64,000 nucleotides of DNA, taken from positions 11,036,001-11,100,000 of the forward strand of contig NC_135263.1 of NCBI RefSeq assembly GCF_964204865.1. The letters are read 5' to 3'. This stretch comes from Styela clava. Lineage: Eukaryota. The notes beneath the pieces are model-generated. The model saw only the letters and a list, made by a program, of their open reading frames with translations. It was not told the DNA's origin and did not search any database. Every line of letters begins with the position of its first letter. The first letter of the stretch is position 1. This document shows positions 51,101-64,000 of this stretch, in pieces. The position numbers and the translations under genes are program-made.

Positions 51101-54100
51101 TTTACCACAAAACTATACTTCACCGGCAAAGTTTTATTATCGCAACTAATGCAAGCATCGAGTTAAAAAATGGAAGTAGTCCTTATAAGGCTAATGCTTT
51201 TATTTTCCAAGCCCCATGTGACTTGATATTTCGAGGAACTGTTTGCTTTAATTAAATGGGAACGGTTTTTATTCCATATTGTGCAACTGCTTCCATATTG
51301 TATGCTCGCCAATCTTTTCCGAAAACCCTGTGCCTTCTTGCATTGATACTATGAGATTGGCTACATGTTTAAAATCGTACAAATGAAAACGATACAAATA
51401 GAGGTTCATTTTTGACAGACATGTATAAATTTTACTATTTTCTACATGGATAGGCTACTCATTTATTTGGTAACTGATGATAATTTTCAGTCATGCCAAG
51501 CCTAGCAGCCTAATGGGGCTTAGTAGAAGCTTGTATTTGGCTTTGTTCGGAACCATGTGACATAGTGCTTTTCTATTTATGGAGATATAAAAAAGCAGCG
51601 AAAATAAAACATAGTTTGAAAAATTAATTGTTTTTCTGATTCAAAAAAAAATAAAAAAAAAAGTATTTTCGGTTATACTACTGTATATAATTCTTCGAGT
51701 AATTGGCTGGATGCAATCCCACACCTTTTAAGTTGTTCATTGCAAAATATTATTAATACAATCTTTTTGATTTATGAATAACGTTAATTCCAAGCGCAGT
51801 TTTAAAGTTCTATGATTCATTAATGTTGTTACAAAATTATCCATATTTTTAAAATAGGTTTAGCTCCTACAGAAGTACAAGATATGGTTGAAAATCATTT
51901 GAAAGATCTTTTGCTTTCTATATAATAATATTTTCTATTTAAGATTATTAATATTTGTAAGAACATTTTTCCTATCTCTGTTGTTTGCTGTTATTTTCTT
52001 GTTATATTAATAATACTCTGTGTTGAGATTTTATTAATTTATACATTAACCATCTCATCTCCGATTTCTCAAGAGATTATCTGTAAGAGAGGTGTCGTTT
52101 ATTACGCCCTAATTTACTGCACAAAACATATTAACAACTTTGTCTTCTAATTATCTGATGCAAAGTCATTATTGACGTACAAGAAGTGAACTTTTGGGTC
52201 ATTGCTAAATTGTTTTTTTAATAATATTGTTGTTAAGACTAAAAAGAACTTTTGCCTACAACTACCAAACTAACTTAACTCAAATTTTTATTAGTTAAAG
52301 ATGGAATTCTTTACTTAAAAAGGCTATTTTAATTTTTTTTTATGCTTTGCTCAAAATTTTAAAATATTGTGCTTTCCCATCGCTGATCAATTCTGACAAG
52401 CGTGAACTCTTAAGAATTGATTATTTTCACTGTATCACTGTCTTCATGTCAGAATAATTACAGTGCATATATTGTTTTTAAGTATGGTCATCAGATCTCT
52501 TTTCTTTTACCACAAAACTATACTTCACCGGCAAAGTTTTATTAAAGCTTGTACATAACTGCTGCACAATTATGTTTTAGACCTATAATGGCTTGTATTT
52601 ATTATAATGTTATTTAGTGAAGCAGCATTTACATTTTGAGGAATAAGTGCATATAAAGTGTGAAATCGAAATTAATCGTTTTTAGAATGCTAAAACACTT
52701 CACCACTCATAATACCTAACTAAACTAAAGATATTCATATCTGAATAATCCATTGGCCTATATATAATTCTTTGAGTATTTGCTTTTTAATCATCGTTTA
52801 TATGAATAGAGTATATTTTTTAACAGAGAAGGGCAATTTTTACAGAAATATTAGTATTTTCGAAAATATATTCAATATTCATGAAAATAAATGAGTTTTG
52901 AGTATTTTGTATTTCAAATTATTTGACATCCCAGAGTCTCTGTTGTGTGTATTCGACTATATATGTATTGTCTAATGTATTTCTTTATAGTCTCATGGGA
53001 AATTATCTTCCAAGCTGTGCATTCTTGAATATGTCAATACTATGCTATGTCCAAACTTTGACATAATATTGGAAAATAAATGAAATCAATTTTTCAAGAA
53101 GCTCTTTGGGGATATCTTTGCATTGATTAGGTGTCTTATATAGTAGTTACTTGTTTCGATGTTGTAAGTACTTTTCACTTGATTTGCTAAATTAAATTTA
53201 AACTGTTTAATGTTTATCAATAGTAATTTATCATTATGTGAACATTTCACTGACATTTCATTTTTAAATGCTAATCTGTAAATTATTAGTTGCTATCTAG
53301 AATTGTTGCTATCTATAATTTAAAAATTATTTTATTTTGATATCAGCTCAGGGCTTAAATCTCGTCTGAAGTGCTTGGAAATCATACCACAAACACTTTC
53401 TGAATTAAAAAATTTTCCAAAAAATGAATTTATATGAACTGATAAACAATAAAATGATGTAATTGATTTAATGAAATAGTCATTTTGAAACTTTACTAAA
53501 AAACTTTTTACATGATTTTTTATTTAAATTAGTGACAAATTACTCATATTATGTGATATTTTAGTATCATGACTCAGTCTATTGAATAGAATCTTTGTAA
53601 TCACAATGATGTAATTAGATTGTTATTAACCTTCAGCTTTGTAACATTTTATTGATCTTTAATTTGAATATTATATGTGTAGCTTATTTTTCACTTATTT
53701 TTATTCTATTATTACATTCTGACCATTCCAAGTGTTGTGATTTATATGGAATTGACTTCAAAAAATTGTATGATCATCCATTATTCATTTAAAAATAGGT
53801 GCAAAAGAGGCTTCTTTAGTACTGTGTTAGTCCTAATTTCCACTGTGTGATTTCTCGCTATCTCGATTTAATTTCTGTTATATAAAAAAAATAGTTTTTT
53901 TTATAATTCATGATGTAGCCTTAAAAATATCTTAAGAATTAAGTCTTCATCTTACAATGAAAAATACTGAAAATGATATCATTATATGAATATAATTGGG
54001 GAATACACAATTTTATGGCCAAGATATTTTATTTTGCCAAGCGTTAGTTATACAATTCCATACCTTTCGGCCTTTTCTCATCTGCCTATATATGTAAGAA

Positions 54101-57100
54101 TACATATATAATAGATGTTAATAATTCTTATCACATGTTTTATTGAAACATCAGGCTCTTGTATTTTACTTTTATATTATAATATTATCAAATTTTATTT
54201 TCACAGTTTCCACTGTTTCTTGAATTGATGGTGACAAGTTTATTTACAAGCGGAGGAGCCAAGATAAATCCTGAGCACAAACATAAATATATATTTTTAC
54301 TTGGTTATGCAGCTAGTGTTGTTGAAACAAGAAATAAGGTATGTATTGGCTACAGTATTTTAAATCTCTTCAATGCAGATATTGTTACATTTTTGAGGCA
54401 AATAAATATACATTCATACAATGATCCATTTTACTTAGCTGTAATTCTTGGGAATATAGTATTTAAAAGTACCGTAGGTACTACTCTTCTTCAATAGCTT
54501 CAATATCAACCCTTTCCAACGTGTTATAATCGATTACGGAATTTCGATTTTTACAAACTGCCTGCATTAGGAAAGGACAGTTTTGGCAGTGATTCTCTAA
54601 TTGTTTTTCTTTTACTCAACAGCAGATCACATGAATCACCATAATTTTTGACTGGTTTATTGATTTTATTTTGTAAAAAATAATATGGAATTTGAGAGAA
54701 ATGACAGATCTGAATCACCAGAAATAAATTACTTGTCATTCTGGCTATCTGCGCAATATGTAAGCCAATACAGTAATTTAAATTTATAGTTTACAAACCT
54801 GTCTTATACATGGAAGAAATTAATCAATATTGTGCTTAAATTTTCATATGGCTGCAAGAGGAAAACTCTAATATTCAACTCATTCTATCTAATTAGACAA
54901 GGACCATATGTAATTTTCATTGTTGTCTGCAGTTCATTTTGTCTCAGGCTTGGTGACTACAGACTGCACTTTTTAGTTTTCATGAATAATTGATGATCAG
55001 TATCATAAACTGCAGTGACAAGAAAATGTTTTTCAAACTTGATTGCAGGCAATCTGTATTAATATAGGGTGTCCATAAAGTCCCTTTACAATTATGAATT
55101 TTGTCAGGAAGTCAGTTATCAATATATATCTCAACCAGTTTGTTGTTCAAGTATTTTTACTTCATTCAATACATCTGTGAGGGCCAAAACAATATATGGT
55201 ATCGATAAATTCCCTTTACAATTTTAAAAAGTTTTTAAGGCTTTATGGACACCCTATATTGTTATTATCTAGCATGGCCCAATGCCTAGGCTTGGTCGGT
55301 CTGACTTATTAGTAAACACAATGGATATTGTTTTACCTGCTTTGTGAAAGATTCTTTATCTGTATTTCATGTGAAACCTATTTGTATCATTCCTTTCTTT
55401 TATTATTTTTGAAGGCATTCTTTAAAATCGAGCCTACTTGGTGATCCAATAATTTTATTAATATACGTAAAATTAATTTAGAGAATTTTTAAAGTGTGGG
55501 AAACACACTGATATGGTTTTTGTATACACCCAGTATTCAAAAATAAATACCATATTGCTTATAAATAGAATCAGAAGATTTCAAAAAAATTTACCGTATA
55601 TCGAAAAGAATTACTCACAATAATTCAATATTACAATCCTATTATTTCAGAGCAATTCAAGGAAAATCAACATGGATGAATTGAAACAAACATCACAGGC
55701 GATTGAAAAAGTTCATAATTTAACATGTGGGGGTGGGGGCCACGTTCAATTACTTTCAGAGATTGGAACTTTGTATCAATGCATAAGGTTTGTTGAACTA
55801 TGGTGATGAATCATAATTGTCTATTTTTTTGCTTTTAGAAAAAAAATTGTAATTTTTAGCAAGTATTGCAGTACTGCCATCTGTCCGAAATGTTTTGTTT
55901 AACTTCAAGAAACTTGAAAAATAGAAAACTAATCAAATCATTGTTTATCTCAATAATTGTGATGCTTAAACGGTATTTTAAATTCACATTGGAAATAGTA
56001 AATCTCTGCTCTTAGCTAACCTGAACCCTGAAAACCCAAAATTCAAATAAATGGGCATCCATTTTTTTTTCTCAAATTCTGTTTTGCAATGAAATCGTGA
56101 TATTTATTAAAAGTTATGGAGTGAAAATTTCTGTTTTAGAATATGAAAACTTTTTTCCAGGTTTCCTGTGGTAGCAATGGGTGTTTTAAAATGGGTCGAC
56201 CAAACTGTCTCAGATTCAGCTTATTTTGAGAAACAAATGGATCATACGCCTCTACATTTAACACTACTTGATGAGGTAAATATAGGGAACTGTATATTAT
56301 CTGTGCTTGTTTTTTTTACCATGAAAGATCGACAATGCTTCTTGGACATGAAGTGAACCTTTGGATTGTTAATATATGTTGTTTTTATGGTGATGGTCGT
56401 GTTTGGGGAATGATTGTTTTTCACTGCTGGACGATTTCAAATTTTATATGATCATTTAAAAATAGGTTAAGTTTAGACAAAATAAATTGCTAGAACGCTA
56501 TTACTTTTGTATACTTTCTTTTATACAAGTTTTCTTGAAGACCAATGTTACCAGGTATCTCACCAAAAATTTTGCCCTTCTTAAAATTGAAAGAGTGAGA
56601 CTTGAGTCATATTATTCAAAATTGAGTCATAAAACAAATTCCAAATTTGTCTTGGAATAGATTTTACTGTTTTACTAGATATACAAGTTTTATTTAATTT
56701 AAAAAATCTCATTTCAGATTGTGAGCTGTCATCCACTATTACATCTTGAAGTGTTGAAATTGCTGATTAATTTATTTCAAAATAAATTTCCGGATTTGGA
56801 CACTTTGATACAACTGGAATTAAAGAAGACAGTTTTGGATCGGATGGTTCGTATAATTTTTTGGGTACTCCTGAAGGATGCGCACAACCTGAACCCTAAC
56901 CTGAGTTCAGGTTGTGCGCCTTCTTGGTGCGCATACTTCAGGAGGTCCATTTTTTGTAATGTATCTTCAAGACTAGTATACGCTTCCAAACAAGTATGTT
57001 AATCACTTTTATTATGTTGCAATCTCAGGTGCATTTAATGAGCAGAGGATGCGTCTTGCCAGTGATTTCATACATAAGAGAACGTGTGGATCGACAAGAT

Positions 57101-58141
57101 ACAGATGTGTCATTAGTTAGACATTTTGTCACTGAGGTGATTATTAAATTTCATTGCATTACTATTAAAAGGATCAACATTTGGTTATGTTGGACCAGGC
57201 AGTGTTTATTATATCATCACATCTTGAATGTGCAATTCATTTCCACTACGATCATCACCTACGACTACGGGCTAATGTAAATCATCATCACCGCGATGAA
57301 TGTATGTTGAGAAGGATGTTTCATCACTTGACCGAATACTTAGATTAATGGATGAATAATGTTGCCTAAAACTTATACAGTCATAATGAACCATGGATGA
57401 ACCAATGTTATTCAATCTATTTATATGTTACAACACTCCAACTGTGTGAATGTGGACATGGATAAACAACTCAATGTCTCTCAAGGAGGCCAGATGAAAT
57501 TTTTTATTGACATAAACATGTTTTACCTCTGTGCATGACCGGACGATTAACTCCAATTTTTTTTTTGCATATTCCATCCTCAAAAAGTTACTTAGGACAC
57601 AACAAATGAAGAATTTTTGTAGCAGTGGCCATAGTACAGGATAGTCAATTAACTGTTAGATGTTGAATATTTTATTTGTTTAAAAAACTACGGTATATAT
57701 TTTTTATAGGTTCTAGACATCATTTGTCCGCCTTACACATCAGATTTTGTTCACATGTTTTTGCCAATCATTGAGAATGATAACATCACTGGTACATTGA
57801 GAAATGAGGAAGGAAATGACCCTGTGTCTGATTTCATTGGTAAGTTCAGATTTTCAAAAAAAGGTTGTTATTTCTTACAGTTGTCACCTGTCGATTTTGA
57901 ATGCCCTATTTCCAGAAGTCTCTTTTAGGTTATATCACAGACGGAGTTTTTGGTCTGTTTTGTTATGCAAAAATATTTTTATTATTAATCTGAGGAGAAT
58001 GCTTATTTTGGATTTATATTTCAATTTCGGATTATTCGGATTCGTTGTTTGTTCCATATGTCTTTGCAGAGAGCACTATATTCACCTACTCTGATCTTCT
58101 TTTTAGTTCACTGCAAAACAAACTTCATTATGGCGACCTGA
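45178..58141 (+). CDS. NELFCD: Negative elongation factor C/D (TH1-like); exons 45178-45231, 46080-46195, 47106-47215, 48064-48173, 48673-48780, 49068-49223, 49608-49738, 50328-50499, 54207-54338, 55651-55787, 56161-56275, 56718-56846, 57029-57136, 57710-57839, 58107-58141
   Basis: [101 protein letters not shown]; exons join in frame. Exon 1 is the least certain. Confidence 0.92.
46820..47055. mobile_element. MITE with long TIRs and TTAGGG core, in NELFCD intron 2
   Basis: TIR GG(G/T)GCTCCTGAAGTATGCGAACCAAGATGGC; 8-bp TSD CTTTTTTC; same core at 15896-16094. Confidence 0.85.
50509..52544 (+). repeat. Intragenic duplication: A (50509-51139), copy of 47362-48121 (51140-51915), A' (51915-52544)
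   Basis: Direct sequence identity read across both pairs. Confidence 0.9.
55065..55258. mobile_element. Tc1/mariner MITE
   Basis: TATAGGGTGTCCATAAAG / CTTTATGGACACCCTATA inverted ends with TA. Confidence 0.75.
56864..56948. mobile_element. 85-bp palindromic mini-MITE in NELFCD intron 12
   Basis: GGTACTCCTGAAG...CTTCAGGAGGTCC; 8-bp TSD ATTTTTTG; CCCTAACC in the loop. Confidence 0.75.
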
Positions 58142-58528
58142 GTGGGTGAAAGATGATATCTAAGTACATAAGCCAGCTCTTAACAAGACTACGGTTGAAC
58201 CATTTTGCAGATGGGCCAGAAGACCTTCAGATCGACGGAGAACAAGAAAAAAAAAAGATGGTTAACAACAGAACTATTTTATTTCGAACAATACCAATAA
58301 GCGTTCTAAAAGCAACAGAAAACACAGTGAACTTAATTATTAAGATCATACATGGCCAAACAAAGCTAAAATAGATTCCCTAAATAAGCCAAGTATGATC
58401 TAATGATTGTTTGTTTAATGGACAAAAGCAACTGCATAACAACGAACAAACTGAAACAAAAAATAATTTACATATTTAAATAATTCTACTATTTACATAT
58501 CTTTGTTTGTTTGAAAATATTCTAAATT

Positions 58529-61500
58529 CTAGGCCTCTAATAAAAGAGCCACACCAGCCAAAACCCATCTGGAAGGCTTCTCTTTTGTTTTCAAGTTGAA
58601 GGTCCAGACGAATGTAGGGCCACGTCCTTTGTTCTTATAAACTGGGCATTCATATATATTCTTTGTATCTTGTCTGTCTATGGGAATTGCCTTGATGAAC
58701 ATCACAGGCATGGGTGGTGTAAGTTCTTTCAGTCTAGATTCAGCCATCAGACCTGTCTGAGTATCCCAGCGTGCACCTGTTTTGGAGAATGAAATGGAGT
58801 TTACATTAATTAAGTGTAGCATTGGCGCAAGGCTGCAGGGCAGAAAACATTGGGGAGCTGCCCGAAATTAGGAAGGTATGGGCACAAGCAAAGCAGTATT
58901 AACCTTATGCTGCAAGGGATGTGGAAGCTTGTTGTCCCTAACAGTGCGACAATAAAACTGCCAGTTTCCAGTCGTAACATTGATATAAAAACTATTCAGC
59001 GGAAACTATTTTACTTTGAATCCAATATGGTATGTGGTTTCATCATTATTATCCTAAGATGAAAAAATTTCATTAGTCATTTTCTTACCTTCCATAAACA
59101 GTCCATGGACATATGCTCCCTCTCTTGGTGGGGAGTTGAAATCTTCCTTGTTTTTCTTCGTGACATCACACTGCAAACACATCTTATCCAATGGCCATTC
59201 GTTCTTTCTTGCCATAGACTGCATGATAGCAGTAAGGAATGATTGAGGATTGAATAAACCTCCCAACCAAACAACTGTAGGCAGTTGAAAGTCTGTTGTC
59301 CACGTTTCCAATTCCTGCAATTGAATTGGATGGTGATTTTGGTGACAAAATACATCCAAAGTAGAGCAACTATGTATACCAGTAACCACTTCGGTCTAAT
59401 GTAATTAAGTAAAGCATAAAAGTAATCGATCTTTAAAACATTGAACCTTATATGGACAATGAAGATATTCAATGTTAGCCAGAGTTGATGACTTTTAACA
59501 CATACATACTGTCCATAGGTGGCTGTGCTTCGAATGAAAGCATCACGTTATCAGGGGATACAAAATACATACTGCTTCGATTAGAATGTCATTAATGATT
59601 AGATATAATAAACGAACCTTAATTCTTCCTAATAAGTCGATAAACCAGGCAGTCAAGCCAAGCATAGACGGATATGCCCTCTTTGTCCATGATTCGGGAA
59701 CACTATCAAAAAACATTGCCGTTTCTAATTCTTCCATGTCAGAGGTGATTGTCAATTCTCCCTGAAATCCAACAAGATCAGAATTTCCAATAACACTATT
59801 TATAATGACAAATGATGTGTCGTTCAACTTTCAAGGATGTTACTTAGGTCCCATATTATTTTACTTGGATATGCAAAGATATTTCTGTTTTCCACTACCA
59901 AAAGATTCACTACGTCAGATCTTGCAATGCTCAACAGACAAAAGTTGGATTTAACTGTCATATGGACACGAAGGACAAGAATTTAAAAAAAGTTATACCT
60001 GTCTAGTGCCATCTATCATTTTCTAGTACTGAAAATTCGAAATTGATTGGCCCATTAGAGAAAAGATTTTTTTCAAACTACAACATGACATATCTTAACC
60101 ACATGAATGTAGCAAACCATCCATATTCCATATGTACAACAATCAAACGCTTTATATAGTAGTTATAAAGCCAGCATACCTTCAAACCAAGATCCAATTC
60201 CTTCAGTGATCTTCTTATTTCACTTGTAAGAGTATTCATCCTCTCACATTCCTGGAATGCGACTACAATATAAGGGGTACGATCTTCTACTTTTGACATC
60301 AATTCCAACATGTTGAAGCCTTCTGGCAATTTTTCGAGGATTTCATCAAGAAGAGCTTTGACCTGTCACGATATACAAGAGTTACGTCGCATATTCAAAA
60401 AGACTTAAACTAGCATAGGATTTTGAAACGATCTTAAGCAAGAAGAAAGCTGGGCTCTAGTTGGATTTTATTTAAATATTAAACACCCATAAACTAATTA
60501 AACCAATTATTGGTACTCCCATAGTGTGCGTAGGTTAGGGTTAGGCCATAATTCTATTCCGCTTTTCCTTTTTTTTAGTTCTATTACGAGTTCGGGGACT
60601 GTCTGTGTTAGCCAACTGAATACACCCCCTGCCGATACGCTTCAGTCCCTTTACACAACTTGATGTGAAGAAGGCGAACAAAATTAGTTATCTCCATATC
60701 GGTACACAAACTTCTGGAGTGCCCAATTATTAATATAGCTATTAATCTACTCCGGGGCCATCTTATCGATATTACCACACTATGCTCGACATTTACAGTA
60801 AAAGTAGTTCTTTTAAACTATCTTTATTAAACTGATAACAACCTAGCATCTGTTTAAAATTTGAAAATGTAATTATTTCACAAACCTTCTCTTCTCTTGT
60901 AATTCCACCTGCACCTCCACCACCCGCATCTTTCGGTTGCATTTCAAGTAGAGTGCGGAATAAGTTTTCTGAAGTTGTTGTAAGAACTCCAATCTCAGCG
61001 TTGGGATGAAGTCCATATAAATACGGACTCTCTGGAGGCAACACATCATCAATGTATTCATGGTAACCCTGGGAAAGACAAATGAAAATAGCACTACAGA
61101 TAACAAGTCCTGCAACCTGAAATATTAGTTTATTTGGTTATTTCATGACAAATGTAATGTCATCCAAACCTTAGCTGGCAATAGCGTTTAAAATTTGTGG
61201 CCAAAAGCTGTTGTTGCGTACCACTTCAAACTGGAATTAGAGACTTTCAAAATCAGAAACTTCTCAAACCTTATAATCCATATTGGGTGGTACAGGATAC
61301 CCAGGGGCCAAAAATAATTCAGATTCAAGTTGATCAGGATGCATGTATACTTCAAGATACGTTCGACACAGTCTTCTATCCCAATCATCAGTAATATGTC
61401 CACCATACATAATTTCACCAAACAAATAACGAAGATCATTCCATGGTACCTATGTTTGAATCAAGATAGGAATCGAAAAAAAATAAAGTAAATATCACTG

Positions 61501-63802
61501 GCTGGTTATCAAGGTTATAACAGAAAGTTGAAAGGTTGGGGATTCTAATTTCATTTCACTGTTATTGTCAGTGAGTATGGCTATTGTGAATTTACAAACC
61601 TACATTGTCCTCTGAGATTACGTTGAGCAGCCCTTATCACGCATATGGCTCCACACTGATTATATTGTATGTATGTATGTTTATTTGCCTCAAAAATGTA
61701 ACAATATCTGCGTAATAATTATTAAACAGTAGAACAGAGACGGGATACATGTTCAAGATCTTACGGGCCTAAGACACAGATGTGCGACATGCACCCCTAA
61801 CAATTATAAAAGCAGTTTAGGACTGCTGCGTTATAATAGGACAACAGACATGAAATAGACTATACAAATGAAACTCTAGTAAAATACACAAGACAATAGG
61901 GTACGATAGTCAGTTAGTTCATGGCACTTCCATGTCTCAGGTTCTGATGTGAGAGGATGAAGATAGGGTATGGGTCGCTTAAATGATATGTTTTTACAAT
62001 GAATCTCACGAAACCCTGTAGAGATTTGGTCGGGACATAAACTTGCCAGAAACCAACGTTGGATGGGACAACGACACAAGAAAAAAATTGTAAATGAGAA
62101 ATGTTGAAATCCTTTGTTTAAGCTTGAGTTGTTAATAATAGTGGGGACATTGTTTAGAATTCTCCGACAATAATATTGTATTGGAGGAATAGTTCTATCC
62201 TTACAAATATGTTATTCGTAAATATGGCTAGCTATTGTTCAACAGTCACATCCCTACTTCTAGAACAACTGTTCATCCAATTAATAATTGAGGATTATTA
62301 ATTGGATGAACAGTTGTTCTAGAGGTACGGATGTGACTGTTGAACATAGCTAGCCATATTTACGTGTGACATAATAACCGGTATAATAACATAACAACCG
62401 GTAAGTTACCTTTGAATTTGCTTCCAGGTAATTGTAAAGTACGTTAACTGAGATGGTTAGATCACCGACATTGAATGGATAAGGCCTATTCCATCCTTGC
62501 GGACCAAACTTCTTTCTTTCGGACACAACAGCATGGAAATAACAAAGAGATTGAAGCAGTGATTTGAATTCAATCTCTCGAGCACACATCTCTAGTGTTT
62601 CCTGTATAGAATTAATATAATTTAAATGAAAGAAACAATTATAGCAAGACAAATTATCAGTATATTAATTATCTCTCAGACAATTCTTTTGGTTGTACAA
62701 AAACACTAATAATTTGACCAAATCCGCTAATGACAAAAACATGCCTAATTCAATGTGGCATTCGAAAACACAAAATGGTTGACTATGGCATATAAAAAAC
62801 ATTTCTGAGTAAGATAATATTCTTTTTTGGACAAGTATAGCAAGGTAAGCAAGTCACAACAAAAGTACTTTGCTGTTAGTTCCAATTATAGATAATAAAT
62901 TACCTGAGTGAAGTTGTCAAATGATTTGTGCAAATTTGCTTGCATTCCAGTGGGTGGTTCATTAGTAATCTTGATGGATGATTCGAGGATTCCTGCAGGA
63001 AGAATATGAGCATCTCTTGTAGCAGCAGGTTCAGCTGATATATACACTCGGTAAGCAGGATGACTTCCCACACTAAATTGTTCAATTTTCTTTTCCAGTG
63101 CGTTCAACCATTTTGCAACAAGATGTACGTTCTATAAAATGGTTTTGAACATTTGTAATAATTGGTGGAATATGAGAAATGAATTACCATTTGAAAATAA
63201 AAGAGAAAAAGCTATAAAATAATTCCAAAATTTACTATTCGAAAATCATTGGGAAATTATACATATTTTGTGTCTTGCAACCTGCATAAACCTTTTTTCT
63301 GTAAGTTTGACCTGAGGTCATGAACCATCAACTAGGTATCAACGCATTAAAGGATAAGCATAATACCAAACCTGCAGAATAACCCAATGTCCCTCTTTTG
63401 CAGCAAGATCGAGAGCTTTTTCAGCGACAACTTCCTGACCTTGACCAAGCGACACATTGTGGAAATTTCTGTGATTTAGTACGATAAAACAATCAGTTAT
63501 TCATACTTGGTTTTTGAAAATATTGTATGTAAATATATAGAGAATGACAAACTATATACACAACCTTAAAATGCATTTACCAGCAATAGCACTTAATGTG
63601 AACAAGTATTAACATAGGTTACTTCATATCAAAAGTGAATCCAATTTTCTTTCCAAGAGCTTCAACATCTTTGAGGGGATCAACACCAGGTGAGAGAACA
63701 AAGAATACAGGAGTCTCTGGTCCACTTTCCTCATATGATTTGGAAAACTCAACAGATCGATTCTCTACATATTTAGTGCCGAGCTTTTCCTCCACAAAGT
63801 TT
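58529..63802 (-). CDS. Axonemal dynein heavy chain, outer-arm beta-type (DNAH9/11/17-like), 3' portion; exons 63802-63623, 63468-63372, 63131-62904, 62601-62410, 61449-61270, 61068-60886, 60362-60180, 59761-59618, 59314-59089, 58776-58529; gene continues beyond the window
   Basis: [113 protein letters not shown]. Confidence 0.93.
60512..60723. mobile_element. TTAGGG-core MITE in a dynein intron
   Basis: GGTACTCC...GGAGTGCC ends; TSD (C)CAATTATT; TAGGTTAGGGTTAGGCCATAATT motif shared with 46820. Confidence 0.7.
62217..62364. repeat. Near-perfect ~148-bp palindrome in a dynein intron
   Basis: ~71-bp arms, 5-nt loop TGAGG (62289-62293), one bulge and two mismatches. Confidence 0.9.
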
Positions 63803-64000
63803 CTGTCAAAATAGCGCACATTGAATTACATTGCTAATTGGGTACTGCTTGAAAATATTACCATTTGATGGACTGTGGCTTCATTATTAAACCATCTAAC
63901 CTCGATCAATCGATGAGAGTGTAACTATAAACAATTCAGTAAGAAACAAACTGTGAGAATTGAATAAAAAAATAATAATTGAACAAAATTATTATAATCT

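Noticed and set aside
47292-51255. Twin ORFs ending ...[12 protein letters not shown]
   Set aside because: By-product of the intronic duplication in NELFCD
52600-57700. Intronic C/D-box snoRNAs in NELFCD
   Set aside because: Scattered TGATGA/CTGA motifs without convincing terminal stems or guide sequences

Overview
AT-rich eukaryotic (animal) genomic DNA with spliceosomal introns. It is most consistent with an invertebrate chordate such as an ascidian; this is inferred from gene content, short introns, several intronless CDSs and the repeat types, and is not proven. Genes: MRNIP (3 coding exons, -), AGPAT5 (intronless, -), RBCK1/HOIL-1-like RBR ligase (intronless, -), an orphan 7TM GPCR-like gene (intronless, -), GAMT (5 coding exons, -), FEZ/UNC-76 (intronless, +), NELFCD/TH1L (15 exons, +) and the 3' end of an axonemal dynein heavy chain (-). 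Non-coding space is crowded with non-autonomous elements: tRNA-derived SINEs, Helentron-associated DINE-1/HINE-like elements, hAT and Tc1/mariner MITEs, Mutator-like foldback MITEs carrying TTAGGG modules, a decayed MULE/Ulp1 remnant and a LINE RT relic, often nested. Most notable observations: two candidate SL-trans-spliced operon-like pairs led by intronless genes; a tandem duplication inside NELFCD whose second copy lost almost exactly the duplicated exons; a GC-AG intron; a ~148-bp near-perfect hairpin in a dynein intron; and a modular telomere-motif foldback family. Most short ORFs in the supplied track are spurious. Nothing here can be claimed as a proven new system from sequence alone.
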